Below, in pieces: positions 61,325 through 64,000 of a stretch of DNA of 64,000 bases; positions within the stretch are counted from its first letter, which is position 1, and each line of letters begins with the position of its first letter. A model generated the notes under the pieces. It saw nothing but the letters and a program-made list of their open reading frames with translations. It searched no databases and had not been told where the DNA came from. A program made the position numbers and the translations under genes. Origin of the DNA: Microcystaceae cyanobacterium (GTDB lineage: Bacteria; Cyanobacteriota; Cyanobacteriia; Cyanobacteriales; Microcystaceae); NCBI GenBank assembly GCA_041746575.1, contig JBGTGT010000098.1, positions 32,001 through 96,000 of the forward strand. Direction: 5' to 3'.

Positions 61325-62606
61325 GGGTTCAGCTATGGTTAATCTCTCTCTCACCCCTCCCCAAATTGCTCTACAACGAGCTTATAGTGGCTTTTTGAAC
61401 TTAGGGAAGTTTTCGGGAGTAAAGCGCAATAAAGGGCTAAAAGTTATGGCCAAAACCCTGAAAGGGTCTTTCGATACGATTCTCGAAGCCAATACCCTTG
61501 ATTTGGAAACCAGTCGGGATATGGCCGTCCCTGATTTATTGCTAGAATGGCTCAAATTAACCCCTGAACGGTTACAAACCACAGTAGATATTCTTGAAGC
61601 GTTGGCGGCTTGTCCTGATCCTCTGCAAAGAGTCATTAATGCTCCTTATCAACTGAATCCAGCGCAAACCTATTGCCAATTAATGCCTTTAGGCGTGATT
61701 GCGCTGATTTATGAAACGTTCCCTGAATTGGCCATTATGATGGCGGGATTTGCTTTAAAATCGGGCAATGCTCTAATTTTACGGGGATGTGGTTCGGCCA
61801 GTCACTCAAATAGTGTGATTGCTGAAATATTAACTAACGCCCTCGAAAGTACAGACTTACCCCAAGGATGTCTTGAATTCTTGCCCTGCGATCAAGAAGG
61901 AAGCTCTATCCAAGAATTAGTGACTCAATCTCAGTACCTCAATCTTATTATTCCCTATGGTCGCCCCAGCTTAATCGAACAAGTGACGCAACTGGCGACA
62001 GCACCCGTTTTGAAGTCAGCAATGGGCAACTGTTATCTCTATTGGGGCATTAGTGGCGATATAGAGATGGTACGGATGGTGATTACCGAAAGCCATGCTA
62101 GCGAACCCGATCCGGTGAATGCCATTGAGAAAGTGTTAATTAGTCAACAACACAGTTCGTCGTATTTAGTGCGGTTATTTAATAGCTTAGAAGAACAAGG
62201 GTTTAAGTTAAAAGGAGATCAGGTGTTAGTGGCAGAATATCCAGATCATTTGACGTTAGTTAATGATACAGAGTGGGAAACCCCTTATTTGAGCAAAATG
62301 GTTGCTTTTAAGGTGGTTACTGACTTGTCAGAAGCGATCGCCCTGATGAATCGTTACAGTAGCGGCCACGCCGATTGTATTGTCACAGAATCCTATGCCG
62401 AAAGTCATCAGTTCGCCATGGGGATTGACAGTGCCTTAGTTTACGTTAATACCTCCTCCTGTTTTTCCCGTCATCCCAAACAAGGAGAATCAGTCTTTTT
62501 AGGTGTTTCTAATCAAAAAGGATTGCGTCGGGGCTTAATTGGGTTAGAAAGCCTGACGACCTTGAAACAGGTGGTTCAAGGAAGTGCTTTGTCCCTGTCT
62601 GGTTAA
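61308..62606 (+). CDS. Glutamate-5-semialdehyde dehydrogenase paralog (ProA2-like)
   Basis: PLGVIALIYE, KSGNALILRG, IIPYG, SGHADCIVT; the catalytic Cys position reads PVNAIEK. Confidence 0.85.
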   Translation: MSIAVKGSAMVNLSLTPPQIALQRAYSGFLNLGKFSGVKRNKGLKVMAKTLKGSFDTILEANTLDLETSRDMAVPDLLLEWLKLTPERLQTTVDILEALAACPDPLQRVINAPYQLNPAQTYCQLMPLGVIALIYETFPELAIMMAGFALKSGNALILRGCGSASHSNSVIAEILTNALESTDLPQGCLEFLPCDQEGSSIQELVTQSQYLNLIIPYGRPSLIEQVTQLATAPVLKSAMGNCYLYWGISGDIEMVRMVITESHASEPDPVNAIEKVLISQQHSSSYLVRLFNSLEEQGFKLKGDQVLVAEYPDHLTLVNDTEWETPYLSKMVAFKVVTDLSEAIALMNRYSSGHADCIVTESYAESHQFAMGIDSALVYVNTSSCFSRHPKQGESVFLGVSNQKGLRRGLIGLESLTTLKQVVQGSALSLSG

Positions 62607-62684
62607 AAACATGATGGAATAGGGGTAAGGGAAAGAGGTGAGTTTTGAACGACGATTCCTGTAAAATAGAAAGTCTCAGTTCCA

Positions 62685-63818
62685 TTGCGAGAAGCTATGA
62701 AAACCCAACCCCTAACCTCTGACATGATCCCCACAAACTCGATAGAAGCATCGCCATTGTCACCAAATTGGTTGGGTTTAATTGAAACATACCGTTCTTA
62801 TTTACCAGTAACCGAAAAAACACCCATTATCACCCTCTTGGAAGGAAATACGCCTCTAATTCCTGTCCCTGCGATCGCTAAATTGGTGGGGCGGGGCGTT
62901 AAGGTTTATGTCAAATACGATGGACTCAATCCGACCGGCAGTTTCAAAGATCGCGGTATGACAATGGCTATCTCCAAAGCCAAGGAAGCAGGAGCTGAAG
63001 CAGTGATTTGCGCCAGTACAGGTAATACCTCGGCGGCCGCGGCCGCTTATGCTCGTCGGGCAGGAATGCGGGCGTTAGTAGTAATTCCGGACGGTTATGT
63101 GGCTTTAGGAAAGCTAGGGCAAGCGTTAATCTATGGAGCGGAAGTGATCGCCGTGGAGGGCAATTTTGATGATGCCTTGCAAATTGTACGACAGATGGCT
63201 GAAAACTACCCTGTTACGTTGGTTAATTCGGTCAATCCTTATCGTTTAGAAGGTCAGAAAACTGCCGCTTTTGAAATTGTGGATGTCTTAGGGGATGTCC
63301 CCGATTGGCTGTGTATTCCTGTCGGCAATGCAGGTAATATTAGTGCCTATTGGATGGGATTTTGTCAATATCAGCACATGGGTAAATGCGATCGCCTCCC
63401 TACAATGATGGGGTTTCAAGCGGCACAATCAGCCCCCTTTATTCAAGGCTATCCCATCCCTAACCCCGAAACCCTCGCCACAGCGATTCGGATTGGTAAC
63501 CCGGCTAACTGGGATAAGGCATGGGAAGTCCAAAAAGCCAGTCAAGGGACGTTTAATGCGGTAACGGATGCCGAAATTTTAGAAGCGTACCGTCTTTTAG
63601 CTTCAGAAGAGGGCATTTTCTGTGAGCCGGCTTCGGCGGCTTCTGTGGCAGGGTTATTGAAAGTGAAAGATTATGTCCCCAATGAAGGAACCATCGTTTG
63701 TGTCTTGACGGGTAATGGGCTAAAAGATCCGGACTGTGCGGTGAATAATAGTAATAATCAAGTAAAATCAGGTATTAAACCAGAATTGGAAGCCGTTGCC
63801 CGCATGGTCGGTTTTTAA
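62685..63818 (+). CDS. thrC: Threonine synthase
   Basis: [24 protein letters not shown]. Confidence 0.95.
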   Translation: MREAMKTQPLTSDMIPTNSIEASPLSPNWLGLIETYRSYLPVTEKTPIITLLEGNTPLIPVPAIAKLVGRGVKVYVKYDGLNPTGSFKDRGMTMAISKAKEAGAEAVICASTGNTSAAAAAYARRAGMRALVVIPDGYVALGKLGQALIYGAEVIAVEGNFDDALQIVRQMAENYPVTLVNSVNPYRLEGQKTAAFEIVDVLGDVPDWLCIPVGNAGNISAYWMGFCQYQHMGKCDRLPTMMGFQAAQSAPFIQGYPIPNPETLATAIRIGNPANWDKAWEVQKASQGTFNAVTDAEILEAYRLLASEEGIFCEPASAASVAGLLKVKDYVPNEGTIVCVLTGNGLKDPDCAVNNSNNQVKSGIKPELEAVARMVGF

Positions 63819-63921
63819 GCAAGGATAAGCTTATCTTCGTATAAGAGCTAATAATTATTAGAATAAAAATGATAACTAATCATCAAGGCGCGATCGCCTT
63901 TTGTCTTAACCCTTAACGATT

Positions 63922-64000
63922 ATGACGCATTCTTCCGAATGTAGCGGTATGGTGGTTGCCGTTCAAGCCAATTTCTATCAAGTTCGCCTTCATCCAGTGG
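63922..64000 (+). CDS. rsgA: Ribosome small subunit-dependent GTPase A, N-terminus (partial)
   Basis: MTHSSECSGMVVAVQANFYQVRL matches the cyanobacterial RsgA OB-fold start; runs off the window end. Confidence 0.65.
   Translation, partial: MTHSSECSGMVVAVQANFYQVRLHPV

Overview
Chromosomal window of a unicellular (Chroococcales-like) cyanobacterium. This is inferred from the frequent HIP1 octamer GCGATCGC and cyanobacterial gene families (ccaA, CAAD/CurT, LabA, GuaB3, DUF29). Most of it is housekeeping: gltB, lysA-cdaA-uppS, amiC-murI, tadA, Cu ATPase, ureAB, mnmE, cobA-cbiX, ccaA, rplI, pckA, rpsF, rnb, proA2, thrC and partial rsgA. The standout locus is about 5.6-7.9 kb, where a REP-associated HUH tyrosine transposase (RAYT/TnpA-REP) sits next to the PilA1-type major pilin gene. 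Both are bracketed by at least seven copies of a 23-nt GTAG-type palindrome (consensus GTAGGGGCGCAAGGCTTGCGCCC). One copy lies in frame inside the transposase gene and one carries compensatory stem changes. Two perfect copies sit in a nested tandem array (27-28 bp, about 170 bp and 8 bp units) upstream of the pilin. A RelE toxin pseudogene abuts the leftmost REP, and decayed REP copies occur at 12.4 kb and 33.2 kb. Other points: two genes appear to begin at ATT, a Coq4-motif gene under a divergent TetR lies just upstream of a UbiH-like hydroxylase, and an S6:S18-type leader precedes a solitary rpsF. I recognised no tRNA, rRNA or CRISPR array. All calls are by eye; no searches were run.
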